Source of the DNA: an uncultured Desulfovibrionaceae bacterium
Lineage (GTDB): Bacteria; Desulfobacterota; Desulfovibrionia; Desulfovibrionales; Desulfovibrionaceae
Length of the DNA stretch: 60,355 nucleotides
Assembly: GCA_964368845.1 (NCBI GenBank)
Contig: CAYJDF010000002.1
Span: 1 to 60,355 of the forward strand
Direction of reading: 5' to 3'
Shown here: positions 7,876 to 17,534 of the stretch, in pieces
How positions within the stretch are numbered: the first letter of the stretch is position 1
How the letters are laid out: each line of letters begins with the position of its first letter
Position numbers and translations under genes: made by a program
The notes under the pieces: generated by a model
The model's input: the letters and a program-made list of their open reading frames with translations, nothing else
Told to the model about the DNA's origin: nothing
The model's database searches: none

Positions 7876-9294
7876 TTGCGTGAGATGGTTATCTATTTTG
7901 GATACCCCAAGGAGGCACATGTGGATATAAAAGAAGCTTACGTTGTAAAAGTTGTACTTAATAGAGACAATTTTAATCTATACTATAAGTATCTTAGTGG
8001 ACTTAATCTAGAAAAAGAAACAGTGTTTATACTTGATAATCTTAAATCATACTTTGAAAAGTATACAGATGTACAAGATGTTAAGGTAGAAGAATTACTC
8101 TTGCACATATATAATAACAATCGTATCACAAAGAAAGATACTTTGTTTGAGCAACTACTTATACAAGCTGCTAATGCAGACATTAAGCAAGACGTTCTTC
8201 TTGATAATTTTAATAGTTTTCTAGAGCAATACTTTGCATCTGAAATTTTGTATCTCTTAGCTGAGAAGCAAGAAGATAATTCACATAACTATTTACATGA
8301 AGTGTCTGAGATACTGGATGCTTTTGAAGACACAAAGGTATCCTTTGGTAAAGACACAGAAGAATCTCCTTTTGTATCTCATGATGTATCTACTTCTCGT
8401 AAAAAGAAAAACGATACTCCAGGTCTAACATGGGGAATAACGCCCTTAGATTTACACCTAGGGCCATTACGAGGTAAGTCTTTGGGACATGTGCTAGCTC
8501 GTGTAGATACAGGAAAGACTACGTTTATTATTAATCTTGTTCGTACATGGCTTCCTCAACTAGAGGATGACGAGTATATCTTGTATCTTAACAACGAAGA
8601 AGATGGTGAAAAGATTATGGATAGACTTATGCTATCTGTACTTAACATTACATCTGCTGAAGCTGATGCTAAAGTGGATACTCTTACACAAGAGTTCATT
8701 GAAGCAGGTGGTACTAGATGTTTATTACACGACAATGCTATCATATATATTTCTGATATAGAACGTATGGTTAATGAGCACAAGATTCGTGCTATCATAG
8801 TAGACCAAGCGGATAAACTACACTTCAGAGGTGAACGTAATCTTTCTGATGTACAAAGACTGCAAATGATTTACGCAAAACTTCGTGAGATATCTAAGAA
8901 GAATAACATCGACATACTTACAGTAGGACAGGCTTCCCAATCTGCTGAAAATAAAAAATGGTTACAACCTACCGATATAGATGGTAGTAAAACGCTTAAG
9001 CCTGGTGAATTTGATTACATTATTGGCATAGGCAGAACATTTGATGGAGCAGGTACGCCCTTAGAACATACCCGTTATTTACATTTATGTAAAAACAAAA
9101 TGGGTACAGGTGTACAAGCTAGAGGAGAATGTTTTATAGACCCTCAACGTGCGAGGTACTATAATGATAACACTAAATTATTACTAGGAGGCTCTGATGG
9201 GAGACAAGAAAGAGAAGAACATCAAGGCTCTGGGAGACTTGTTCAGATTTATGGGAACGGTATCTCAACTACAGCCGATACCTTCATCTCCTAA
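7876..9294 (+). CDS. Replicative DNA helicase (DnaB / T7 gp4 helicase-like). True start is probably GTG 7921, after the AAGGAGG SD.
   Basis: Walker A-like VDTGKTT; Walker B IIVDQADKL; position between primase and polymerase. Confidence 0.7.
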   Translation: MREMVIYFGYPKEAHVDIKEAYVVKVVLNRDNFNLYYKYLSGLNLEKETVFILDNLKSYFEKYTDVQDVKVEELLLHIYNNNRITKKDTLFEQLLIQAANADIKQDVLLDNFNSFLEQYFASEILYLLAEKQEDNSHNYLHEVSEILDAFEDTKVSFGKDTEESPFVSHDVSTSRKKKNDTPGLTWGITPLDLHLGPLRGKSLGHVLARVDTGKTTFIINLVRTWLPQLEDDEYILYLNNEEDGEKIMDRLMLSVLNITSAEADAKVDTLTQEFIEAGGTRCLLHDNAIIYISDIERMVNEHKIRAIIVDQADKLHFRGERNLSDVQRLQMIYAKLREISKKNNIDILTVGQASQSAENKKWLQPTDIDGSKTLKPGEFDYIIGIGRTFDGAGTPLEHTRYLHLCKNKMGTGVQARGECFIDPQRARYYNDNTKLLLGGSDGRQEREEHQGSGRLVQIYGNGISTTADTFIS

Positions 9295-9469
9295 AAGTAG
9301 TGGTGATGCTCTCAAAGATGCTATTAATACTCTAAAGCAAAGGCGCAAAGAGATATTAAAAGAACTTGTAGAGCACAAGGATACTGCGGTTAGACACAAT
9401 ATTCTTTTTAAACAAAAGACTAAAGAGCTTGCTCAGATAGACGAGAAGCTTAAAATCTTAACACTGTAG
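9197..9469 (+). CDS. Hypothetical coiled-coil protein
   Basis: AGGAGG SD; overlaps the helicase 3' end by 98 nt in another frame. Confidence 0.55.
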   Translation: MGDKKEKNIKALGDLFRFMGTVSQLQPIPSSPKSSGDALKDAINTLKQRRKEILKELVEHKDTAVRHNILFKQKTKELAQIDEKLKILTL

Positions 9470-9479
9470 AGGTTGGCCC

Positions 9480-11477
9480 GTGAAACACTTAATACTTGAT
9501 ATTGAGGGCTCATGTGTACCAAGGCATGAGCCATGGAGTAACGGGTCATACTTGTCTAGCATAGGCATAGTAGACCATACAGGAGAGTTTAAGATGTGGC
9601 TCTTTAATCATGTAAGTATATCTTTATCTGAGGCACAGATGGAAGATATGATTGAAGAAATACAAGCATACATAAATGAATGTGATGTTATTGTGTGCCA
9701 TAATGCCAAGTTTGATTTATCTTGGTTATCTTATGTAGGACTAAACACTGAAGGTAAAAAGGTTTGGTGTACTCAAGTAGCTGACTATCTTATTAACGGA
9801 CAAGATACTAGACTCAAGTATAATTTATCAGCATGTTCTATTAGACATGGTGGTGAAGAAAAATTAGATATGATGTCTGAGTATTGGAAGCGTGGTATTG
9901 AAACGTATGATATACCCATGTCTGTACATGAACCATATTTAGAACAAGACTTGCGTGTAACGGAGCATCTTTATTTATCGCAACTACCCTTAGTAAATAC
10001 TCTGCAACTAAATAATATTGTAGATATTAATATGGAATTAGTTAAGATGCTATCCGTAATGGAATCTTCTGGCGTAGGCTTTGATAAAGATGGTGCTGAA
10101 AAATATGTAGCTGAATACGCAGAGATTCTTAAAGATATTGATAACAACATCTACAAATTATCTGGTTTAGAATTTAATGTAGGTAGCTCTGACCAACTTG
10201 GTGCTATACTATTTGGTGGTAGTATCAAACGAGATGTACAAGAGTTTGTATGTAGACCTAGAAAGAATGGTACAGTACGTGTGTATACACGTAAAGCTAT
10301 CTACGATGCGCCAGTAAAAGGCATGGGCTTTAAGTATGACGATAGCATGGTGTCTAGTAAAACAGGCAAACCTTCCACTGGTAAAAATGTATTAGCTAGA
10401 CTTGGTGCTCGTACACAAAAACAAAAAGATTTCTTGAAACTTCTAGTAGAAAGAAGTGGTGCAGCTAAAACATATAGTACCCTAGTGTCTGATAAAGACA
10501 ATGATGCAGGACTACTACGTAAGATAGGTACTGATGGTCGTATCCACCCCAACTTTAACCAAACAACTACACGAACAGGAAGGCTTAGCTCTTCTAATCC
10601 TAATGGACAGAACTTGCCACGCAGTGGTACATCTCCACTGAAAAAATTATTTAAAGCTAGAGACGGTTACGTTATGATTAACGGAGACCTTTCTCAAATA
10701 GAGTGGCGCACTGATGCTGGTATGTCTAGAGACCCTGTCATGATACAAGAAATTGTAGATGGTGTAGATATCCATACTTATGCAGGAGTAGAGTTCTTTG
10801 GTGGTAATACAGATGACCCTAAGTTTAAATCAGAGTACAGGCAACCTGCCAAGGTGTTTAATTTTCGTATGATTTATGATGGTAAGGCTAGGTCTTTTTA
10901 TTCTGACTATAATATGCCATCCTTTACGCTAAAGAAATGGGAAGGTATTGTTAAAGCTTTCTGGTCTAAGTACAATGTACTTAGGTCTTGGATTCTTAAC
11001 AATGAAATGATTGTCAAACAAACGAAAGGTTGGTTACGTCAACCTAGTGGTAGACTACTTAATTTTATATTCCATACAGAAGAAAGTCATGAGTATAAAC
11101 GTGGCTTTTCGTTGAATGAAATATGTAATTATCCAATACAAAGTATTAGTGCTGACATGATGCACTTAGCAATGTTACAAATATACCACATATGTAAGCA
11201 GGAAAAGCTAGATGCTACTTTTGTACTACAAGTACACGATTCGTTAGTAGCAGAAGTGTCCTACAAGGATGCGCCTAGAGTAGCTGAGATAATGTTAAAT
11301 GTTTTTAATGGGTTACGTGATACATTCAATCAGTATTATAGTTACGATATAGGCGTACCATTAACAGGCGAAGTATCTATGGGTACAAGCTATGGTAGTA
11401 TGCCGTATGACTATGATAGCAATACTTTTTCTATAGAAAAGATACAACAAGACCTTGACCTATTACTAAACAAGTAG
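9480..11477 (+). CDS. Family A DNA polymerase with 3'-5' exonuclease domain
   Basis: Exo motifs ILDIEGS, HNAKFDLSWL, YLEQDL. Pol motifs A (NGDLSQIEWR), B (RQPAKVFNFRMIYDG) and C (LQVHDSLV). Confidence 0.9.
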   Translation: MKHLILDIEGSCVPRHEPWSNGSYLSSIGIVDHTGEFKMWLFNHVSISLSEAQMEDMIEEIQAYINECDVIVCHNAKFDLSWLSYVGLNTEGKKVWCTQVADYLINGQDTRLKYNLSACSIRHGGEEKLDMMSEYWKRGIETYDIPMSVHEPYLEQDLRVTEHLYLSQLPLVNTLQLNNIVDINMELVKMLSVMESSGVGFDKDGAEKYVAEYAEILKDIDNNIYKLSGLEFNVGSSDQLGAILFGGSIKRDVQEFVCRPRKNGTVRVYTRKAIYDAPVKGMGFKYDDSMVSSKTGKPSTGKNVLARLGARTQKQKDFLKLLVERSGAAKTYSTLVSDKDNDAGLLRKIGTDGRIHPNFNQTTTRTGRLSSSNPNGQNLPRSGTSPLKKLFKARDGYVMINGDLSQIEWRTDAGMSRDPVMIQEIVDGVDIHTYAGVEFFGGNTDDPKFKSEYRQPAKVFNFRMIYDGKARSFYSDYNMPSFTLKKWEGIVKAFWSKYNVLRSWILNNEMIVKQTKGWLRQPSGRLLNFIFHTEESHEYKRGFSLNEICNYPIQSISADMMHLAMLQIYHICKQEKLDATFVLQVHDSLVAEVSYKDAPRVAEIMLNVFNGLRDTFNQYYSYDIGVPLTGEVSMGTSYGSMPYDYDSNTFSIEKIQQDLDLLLNK

Positions 11478-11523
11478 TATATAGTATATACATTACAACA
11501 AATTCAAATAAGGATACATACAT

Positions 11524-11931
11524 ATGTGGGTAATTTTTGATAAGATTCAATACAGAGATGACTTGGTAGGAAAAGAATCAGGTAAAACATACAGTGGTTG
11601 GGAAGCTACAGGAACTAAGAAAGGTTATCAGGGTACTCCTGATGAAGACTGGACTAAGGTTTTCTTTGACAACCAAACTACTACCGTTATTGAAAACGGT
11701 TTACCTAATCACAACCAAAGTATCGTACAATTTTTTCAAAAGGCGTGTAAGCAAGGCGATAGGTTAAGCATTAAGATGGAACGAGACGGACGCTTCTGGC
11801 GTATTGTGTCTATAGAAAATCGTAATAGCGAAGCTCCTACTTACACACCTCTCAGTGAACAAACTATACAATCAGCGCAAGTACCCACTGTTTCTCCTTC
11901 GGAGTTACCGTGGAACAATCCTACTTCTTAG
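11524..11931 (+). CDS. Hypothetical protein (possible ssDNA-binding role, by position only)
   Basis: ORF with AAGGA SD directly after the polymerase; no motif recognised. Confidence 0.65.
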   Translation: MWVIFDKIQYRDDLVGKESGKTYSGWEATGTKKGYQGTPDEDWTKVFFDNQTTTVIENGLPNHNQSIVQFFQKACKQGDRLSIKMERDGRFWRIVSIENRNSEAPTYTPLSEQTIQSAQVPTVSPSELPWNNPTS

Positions 11932-11974
11932 AGATAAAGCTAAGTTCCGTAGCTCTCTTAGAATGTGCGCTAAC

Positions 11975-12018
11975 AAAGGCTACGTAAACATGTCTCCTTG
12001 CGTAGCCTTTATTTTTTT
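11975..12018 (+). terminator. Intrinsic terminator
   Basis: 10-bp stem AAAGGCTACG/CGTAGCCTTT followed by ATTTTTTT. Confidence 0.8.
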
Positions 12019-12028
12019 CGGAGGGTTT

Positions 12029-12175
12029 ATGAAACTTTCTTTTAAAGAAATATTGGAGAAGGAGAAGGCTAAACAAAAGCCAGTTAAACAGTGGCACTAC
12101 ACAGCGTGTCCTGTAGTACACAATTCTAAGAAAAAATATTCACGCAAGAATAAACATAAGAACTCTTGCATGTAA
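12029..12175 (+). CDS. Small basic protein (48 aa). Inner part of track ORF 11855..12175.
   Basis: GGAGGG SD upstream of ATG 12029. The upstream part of the track ORF runs through the terminator. Confidence 0.5.
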   Translation: MKLSFKEILEKEKAKQKPVKQWHYTACPVVHNSKKKYSRKNKHKNSCM

Positions 12176-12187
12176 CAAGGAGTAAAT

Positions 12188-12502
12188 ATGGACAACTACC
12201 ATAATGAATGGAAAGCCAAGCATCCAGAGTTTTGGTGGGAGATTATGAATGGGTGTACATCTTTAGCTAGGCTAGAGTTATCTGAAGACGCACAGCCTGT
12301 TAGTATAGACAAGGCTGAAGAGTTTATGGACAAACACGAAGACAGTATTCTTAAGTATTGTACTAAATATTCCGAAGTAATATGTAAGTATAAATCCCAT
12401 AATGACATTCGTACCGCTGCTTTTCAACGAACAAAGTATTTAGCTAAGTTAGAAAAAGACCCATCATTAATATGGGCTCCAGGAGGAGGAGAAGTAAGCT
12501 AA
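12188..12502 (+). CDS. Hypothetical protein
   Basis: AAGGAG SD; its stop overlaps the next start (TAATG). Confidence 0.7.
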   Translation: MDNYHNEWKAKHPEFWWEIMNGCTSLARLELSEDAQPVSIDKAEEFMDKHEDSILKYCTKYSEVICKYKSHNDIRTAAFQRTKYLAKLEKDPSLIWAPGGGEVS

Positions 12503-13422
12503 TGAATATAGACCGTTTAGTACCAGCACCGATGATGGATGCCGTGATGAAACCCCATGAGGATTTATTAGGCAGACCCTTTCAATACTCTGCCACAGTA
12601 CTGTGTCAATCCCCGAGACAAACGCAATTACTTAACAGACACGGTGATAAAGTAGAAGAAACTTTCTTGGGTAATTGGTATGCCTTCTTTGGTACAGCAG
12701 TACATGACCACATTGAAAGGCAATTAGCAAACAACCCTAGGTACATTTGTGAAAAGCGTATAGTTAAATTCCTTAAGCCAGATGGATATGAAGAAGATAA
12801 GTTCCGTTCTATCGGAGCCAAGTTTGACTGCTATGATGCAGAAACCAAAACATTATACGACCACAAAACTACAACAACGTATATTCACGGAAAGGAAATG
12901 AAACCCGAGTGGATTATACAGCTTAATGTTAATGCTTACTTCTTAGAACTGGAAGGTTATCCAGTAGAAGACCTATGTATTAATGCTATCTACGTAGACT
13001 GGCGTGATGCTAGAGTTAAGTATGACAACACAGATAGTTATCCTCGCACACCCACAGCAGAGTTTCGTGTAAAAGCTTGGCCTATGAAAGAGCGAGAAGC
13101 CTTTATTAAAATGGTTCTTAAGGAACACATTGATGCAGAAGATGTGGCGGATAATGATTTACCTGCTTGCTCTGACGAATATTGCTGGGCTAAGCCAGCT
13201 AAGTATGCTGTATATAAACCAGGAGCTGGCAAAGCTACAAAGCTTTGTGATACTAGGGCTGAGGCTGAAGTATACATTAACGATAGAAAATTGTATGGAT
13301 ATGAGATAGAGGAACGAAGAGCGTCAAGACTACGCTGCGAAAGGTATTGTTCTATTAACAAATTCTGCAATCAATATCAAGCCTATCTAGGAGTAGACAA
13401 TGGGGTTTTGGAAAACAATTAA
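12502..13422 (+). CDS. PD-(D/E)XK nuclease (Cas4/RecB-like) with C-terminal Cys cluster
   Basis: Motifs GTAVHDHIE, FDCYD...LYDHKTT, IQLNVNAYF. Cysteines CSDEYC...CERYCSINKFC. ATG 12502 follows the GGAGGAG SD. Confidence 0.7.
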   Translation: MNIDRLVPAPMMDAVMKPHEDLLGRPFQYSATVLCQSPRQTQLLNRHGDKVEETFLGNWYAFFGTAVHDHIERQLANNPRYICEKRIVKFLKPDGYEEDKFRSIGAKFDCYDAETKTLYDHKTTTTYIHGKEMKPEWIIQLNVNAYFLELEGYPVEDLCINAIYVDWRDARVKYDNTDSYPRTPTAEFRVKAWPMKEREAFIKMVLKEHIDAEDVADNDLPACSDEYCWAKPAKYAVYKPGAGKATKLCDTRAEAEVYINDRKLYGYEIEERRASRLRCERYCSINKFCNQYQAYLGVDNGVLENN

Positions 13423-13669
13423 AGAATTTCTTGACGGCACACATAGTGTGCCCTATGATGATAATGTTGCCATAAGGTCACAGTCTGCCACAGGAAACGC
13501 ACGATATTACACGTATGATAGTGAGTGTTTCTACAGGTCGTGCAGACATTTCCCAGGTGATTCGTGGGGCTCATGTCCACATAGTGTGGGTAAAGACCCA
13601 GAATGGGGCATGTGTAACTTTTGCGCAAGAAACCCATACTCGGAGTATTATGATGCCACTGTTAAATAA
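13400..13669 (+). CDS. Cys-rich small protein
   Basis: AGGAG SD; multiple Cys/His (CRHF...CPH...CNFC). Confidence 0.6.
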   Translation: MGFWKTIKEFLDGTHSVPYDDNVAIRSQSATGNARYYTYDSECFYRSCRHFPGDSWGSCPHSVGKDPEWGMCNFCARNPYSEYYDATVK

Positions 13670-13985
13670 TGATTCCAGATACTACAATTATTTTGCTGAT
13701 TGGAGCGAGGCCAAAGCCGTGCGTTCTGATTTTGTAGGGGACAAAGGTATGATACCTTCCTGTACAACAGCATGGTGCGAGTTCTGTGGGCGTCCTTATG
13801 AAACTCGTGTACACAAAATGTTTTGGTTATCCAAAGAAGATGGGGAGCACGATGTGTGTGTAGATGTATGTCATCAATGTCTCTTTATCTTATCACTAAA
13901 GTATGATATTGATATTCAACACGAAAAGAAAAAGTTTACTTACTCAGAAATGAATGGAGTCATAGATGATACAGATAGACCTTAA
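13650..13985 (+). CDS. Cys-rich small protein (track ORF 13515..13985, trimmed to the ATG after GGAG)
   Basis: CEFCG...CHQC zinc-ribbon-like pairs. An earlier start would overlap the previous gene by 155 nt. Confidence 0.55.
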   Translation: MMPLLNNDSRYYNYFADWSEAKAVRSDFVGDKGMIPSCTTAWCEFCGRPYETRVHKMFWLSKEDGEHDVCVDVCHQCLFILSLKYDIDIQHEKKKFTYSEMNGVIDDTDRP

Positions 13986-14244
13986 AACAGGACAGCGTTG
14001 GACTCATTTCAAAGGCAACGAATACGTAGTATTAACAACGGCATTACACCACCACACCCTTAAACCTTGGGTAGTGTACTCAAACATAGCTGAGAACCCT
14101 GCTGATGTACATGTATATGTCCGACCTCTTAAAAAATTTCTTGAAGTAATGCCCAATGGTGTGCAACGCTTTACACCAAAGCCTATAGAAAACCACAATC
14201 TATGCGAAGCATACACGTCAAATGGAGTATTGAGTAATGATTAG
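13966..14244 (+). CDS. DUF1653-like protein
   Basis: Pattern HFKGNEYVVL...VVYSN...YVRPLKKFLE...RF resembles DUF1653, from memory. Confidence 0.5.
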   Translation: MIQIDLKTGQRWTHFKGNEYVVLTTALHHHTLKPWVVYSNIAENPADVHVYVRPLKKFLEVMPNGVQRFTPKPIENHNLCEAYTSNGVLSND

Positions 14245-14887
14245 TATTATTGAACCATCGTTCATAATTGAGAAGATACCTACTGTTGAAGACCTTAAAG
14301 CTATTGAACAATATGCTAGGGTGTGCTATAAGTCTGAAGATAAAACTACAGATGATAGCTACAAAGCTATGATTAAGATGCTTATTAATAGAGGACATCA
14401 TACAGCATTAGAACATGCCAATATGACAGTACGTTTCATCTGCGATAGAGGCGTGTCTCATGAATTAGTAAGACACAGACTTGCTTCCTTTAACCAGGAA
14501 AGTACACGATATGTAAACTACGCCAATAAAGGTGCTGAGTTTGTGAACCCATTACGTCTAGAGATGTATGATATAAAAGACGCAACTGTTCACCTTGAAG
14601 GCAGTTCTCTAGTAGAAGAGACATACAGAATATGCTATGACGCATACACAGAGCTGCTAAATAAGGGTATATCTCCACAAATAGCTAGGTGTGTACTACC
14701 TAACGGCCTTAAAACTGAAATAGTTATCACAGCTAATCTTCGAGAGTGGAGACACATCTTTGCTCTACGTGCTATAGGTACAACAGGCCCCCCACATCCA
14801 CAAATGCAAGAGCTAATGCTTCCGTTGCTACAAGAAGTAGCTAAAAAATTACCTGAAGTCTTTGGAGATTTGATAAATGGAATATAG
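14237..14887 (+). CDS. thyX: Flavin-dependent thymidylate synthase ThyX
   Basis: ThyX signature RHRLASFNQESTRY (RHRxxSxxxxSxR). Confidence 0.9.
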   Translation: MISIIEPSFIIEKIPTVEDLKAIEQYARVCYKSEDKTTDDSYKAMIKMLINRGHHTALEHANMTVRFICDRGVSHELVRHRLASFNQESTRYVNYANKGAEFVNPLRLEMYDIKDATVHLEGSSLVEETYRICYDAYTELLNKGISPQIARCVLPNGLKTEIVITANLREWRHIFALRAIGTTGPPHPQMQELMLPLLQEVAKKLPEVFGDLINGI

Positions 14888-15206
14888 TATATATCAAGCC
14901 AAGTATCCCACTATTGTGAAGAAACAAGGTAAAGACACAGAGGTGTACCATACGTGGTGGATACACAACATGGATTCAGACAATGACACTGTGGTATTAC
15001 AAAGGTGCATACCGCATAATGCAGCGAAGCGATTAGAAGACATAGATTTTTTCCACGTACACCCATTGTTTTTTGACGAAGAGCATATGAAGACTGTGTC
15101 TTTAGTTAAATATGCAACTGATTATAATTTACTAGGCTTTCAAAAAGATTCTACTTTTACACCTGCGAGGGAATATCAAGATGCTAACACAAGAATTAAA
15201 TCCTAA
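14877..15206 (+). CDS. Hypothetical protein
   Basis: GGAG SD; overlaps the thyX stop. Confidence 0.65.
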   Translation: MEYSIYQAKYPTIVKKQGKDTEVYHTWWIHNMDSDNDTVVLQRCIPHNAAKRLEDIDFFHVHPLFFDEEHMKTVSLVKYATDYNLLGFQKDSTFTPAREYQDANTRIKS

Positions 15207-15492
15207 TTATGTGTCTCTTTACGCAGAACTTATGTGTGCTTATAACCAAGCGGCGGAAGGTAAAGGCGTTGAACGACACGCCAATGACAATTCTTTTGAA
15301 GACCAACCTATACTTCGTCTCACAGAGATGGTAGGTTTAGGTTATCCTATCGGCCAAGCTATGAAGAAAGCACAGGAAGCTATACGTCTTTTAGAAATCA
15401 AAGGAAAACAAGCTGCGAAGAATGAGCTGTATGGAGCTATTAACTATTTAGCCGCAGCATGTATACACATAGACAAAACTTTGCAAGAGTAA
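15181..15492 (+). CDS. Possible dATP/dGTP pyrophosphohydrolase-like (MazG-related) domain protein
   Basis: KGVERH...GQAMKKAQEA...ELYGAINYLAAA pattern recalled from phage nucleotide pyrophosphohydrolase N-terminal domains; not verifiable here. Confidence 0.35.
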   Translation: MLTQELNPNYVSLYAELMCAYNQAAEGKGVERHANDNSFEDQPILRLTEMVGLGYPIGQAMKKAQEAIRLLEIKGKQAAKNELYGAINYLAAACIHIDKTLQE

Positions 15493-15495
15493 TAT

Positions 15496-15699
15496 ATGAA
15501 AAATAAAAAATCTACGTTTTCTTTTAAGAAGAAAAATAACAATGCCGCTATAGCATACAAACAAGCTACTATGTATGCTACTCATTGGATGAATGCGACT
15601 AATGCTTTTAACAAATTTATAGAACCTATAGTTGGGTACACAGTTAAGTGTCCTAACATAAGCAAAGAGGTGCGACTAGTATATCGCATGTTTGCATAA
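15496..15699 (+). CDS. Hypothetical small basic protein
   Basis: ORF in the operon context; weak SD. Confidence 0.5.
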   Translation: MKNKKSTFSFKKKNNNAAIAYKQATMYATHWMNATNAFNKFIEPIVGYTVKCPNISKEVRLVYRMFA

Positions 15700-15916
15700 G
15701 GTAGAATACACTATGCCTAGCCATCAATGGGACACAGATGTGTGGACGCAGGATAGCAAAAGCAAACACAAGTGTTTTTTCTGTAAAAGAAAAGCACCAT
15801 TTCAGTGTATGGTTAAACAAAACAATGGCAAGTATGCATGGAGATATTTATGTTATACGTGTAAAGACCAAAGAGTGAGTAGTGGTACACTAAAAATGTG
15901 CAGACTAGTCAAATAA
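15692..15916 (+). CDS. Cys-rich small protein (CFFC...CYTC)
   Basis: ORF; alternative start at ATG 15713. Confidence 0.55.
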   Translation: MHKVEYTMPSHQWDTDVWTQDSKSKHKCFFCKRKAPFQCMVKQNNGKYAWRYLCYTCKDQRVSSGTLKMCRLVK

Positions 15917-15933
15917 AACAAGGAGGTAGTACT

Positions 15934-16371
15934 ATGAGATACCCAACTAATATGAATATAGCAGGAATTGATGTACCCGTACACGTACAGGCCAGCCCCG
16001 TATACACTTTATATAAATGTCCAGTATGTAAAGACGCTGACACTAAAGAAGCTTTGGTTGTATACCTCAGAGAACACGAAGACATAGCCTGTCCTTGTTG
16101 TGATACTACTCAGTTACAGAATACACAACTCTTTATATGGGGCAAATACGATATTCTTAATTGTGATATAGCTATCTCTGCTCCCAATGAACAGGTAGGT
16201 GGTATGAACCTTGTGCATGAAACCATTGAGGGTATTAATTCTCTTTGTGATTTAGGCATAGACCATACTGCTATCTCTACACTTGGCACTATGCTTTACA
16301 AAGCGTTTGCTTCTGGTTGTGTAGACTTTACCCCCAAGGCGAATGTGCCTGGAACAAACCGTGTACAATAG
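15934..16371 (+). CDS. Cys-rich protein (CPVC...CPCC)
   Basis: AAGGAGG SD 7 nt upstream of ATG 15934 (track start 15898). Confidence 0.65.
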   Translation: MRYPTNMNIAGIDVPVHVQASPVYTLYKCPVCKDADTKEALVVYLREHEDIACPCCDTTQLQNTQLFIWGKYDILNCDIAISAPNEQVGGMNLVHETIEGINSLCDLGIDHTAISTLGTMLYKAFASGCVDFTPKANVPGTNRVQ

Positions 16372-16379
16372 GAGTACGT

Positions 16380-16793
16380 ATGTTAGAGATTAAAATAGAA
16401 GATACTCTTTATCACAGAAATGATAATGAAGATATCTTAGATGCAAAGCATTGGGTTAGTGACGAAATGGCTAAGTATATTATGCCATCGCCCAATCACA
16501 TTGGACAGACTGTATCTGTCCTCGCCCATCGAGAGATTACTCGAGCAGGGAACGGTACAATAGACTTTAACGTAACCACGTTAGACCAAACTCGTTATGG
16601 TAAATCTTCTGTATCTATGCAATTCACATTGAGTATAACTGAAGTGCAAAGTCTTATTAACGGGTTGCAAGCATTACTAGACAAACCCTTGCGTGTTAAT
16701 AAACATGATAATTCAGATAGAGCCAAGAATTATACTCTTGTTCTTGACGATAATGGTAATGTAGACTTTACGGCAGTACTAGCTGACCAATAG
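16380..16793 (+). CDS. Hypothetical protein
   Basis: AGGAG SD upstream of ATG 16380 (track start 16317 would overlap the previous gene). Confidence 0.65.
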   Translation: MLEIKIEDTLYHRNDNEDILDAKHWVSDEMAKYIMPSPNHIGQTVSVLAHREITRAGNGTIDFNVTTLDQTRYGKSSVSMQFTLSITEVQSLINGLQALLDKPLRVNKHDNSDRAKNYTLVLDDNGNVDFTAVLADQ

Positions 16794-16870
16794 TCTTTGT
16801 AAAGTAGGGCTCTAAGGTTTTCACTTTTAGTGCCCTACTATTGACAATAGTATAAAGGAGTATATATTAT

Positions 16871-17200
16871 ATGAATAAATATATTGAATGTAGTACTGAA
16901 TATAAACAACATACTAATGTTCTCTATCAATCAGCAGCTAGACCTACCACAGCACACCGTGTTACTACATCTTGTGGCAGATGGTACGGTAAAGATACAG
17001 ACTACGCATTGATAGAAGCTACTAGTCACTTCAAAGATTTACCAAACGAAAAAGTGTACATGTATCTTGACTTAGAGTCTTTAAAGATTTTTGTAAATCA
17101 ACTACAAAACACTCTTGGTAAACTAGAGGGCATCGCCTCTGATACAGGAGCTACTTTTGAAGAAGCAACCATTGATGAAACAGAAGAAATTTGCGAGTAA
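16871..17200 (+). CDS. Hypothetical protein
   Basis: AAAGGAG SD. Preceded by TTGACA-17-ATATTA, a promoter-like sequence at 16833-16861. Confidence 0.65.
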   Translation: MNKYIECSTEYKQHTNVLYQSAARPTTAHRVTTSCGRWYGKDTDYALIEATSHFKDLPNEKVYMYLDLESLKIFVNQLQNTLGKLEGIASDTGATFEEATIDETEEICE

Positions 17201-17534
17201 AGCAGAAGAAAGATTTGCTGACGCATTAACTAACGCTGGTATCCCATGGAAATACGAAACTATACGTATTCCATGGGTTCCAGATGTATGCTACTATACT
17301 CCTGATTTCTGTGTAAACAATAAATATATAGAGTATAAGGGTTACTTTAGACCTAGTGATAGAGCTATGCTTAAGTGTGTCAAAGCACAACACCCTGATA
17401 TTAAAATACATTTACTGTTTCAAAAACCTAACAATAAATTACATCCCTCAAGCAAAACTACGTATAAAGACTGGGCAGAGAAGCACGGCTTTACTGTAAT
17501 AACAGAACAAGATGTACTTAGTGGAGATTTCTAA
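17157..17534 (+). CDS. T7 endonuclease I-like Holliday junction resolvase (start may be ATG 17175)
   Basis: Alignment from memory to T7 gp3: YTPDF...EYKG...DR...HPDIKIHLLF...SKTTYKDWAEKHG. Confidence 0.75.
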   Translation: MKKQPLMKQKKFASKAEERFADALTNAGIPWKYETIRIPWVPDVCYYTPDFCVNNKYIEYKGYFRPSDRAMLKCVKAQHPDIKIHLLFQKPNNKLHPSSKTTYKDWAEKHGFTVITEQDVLSGDF

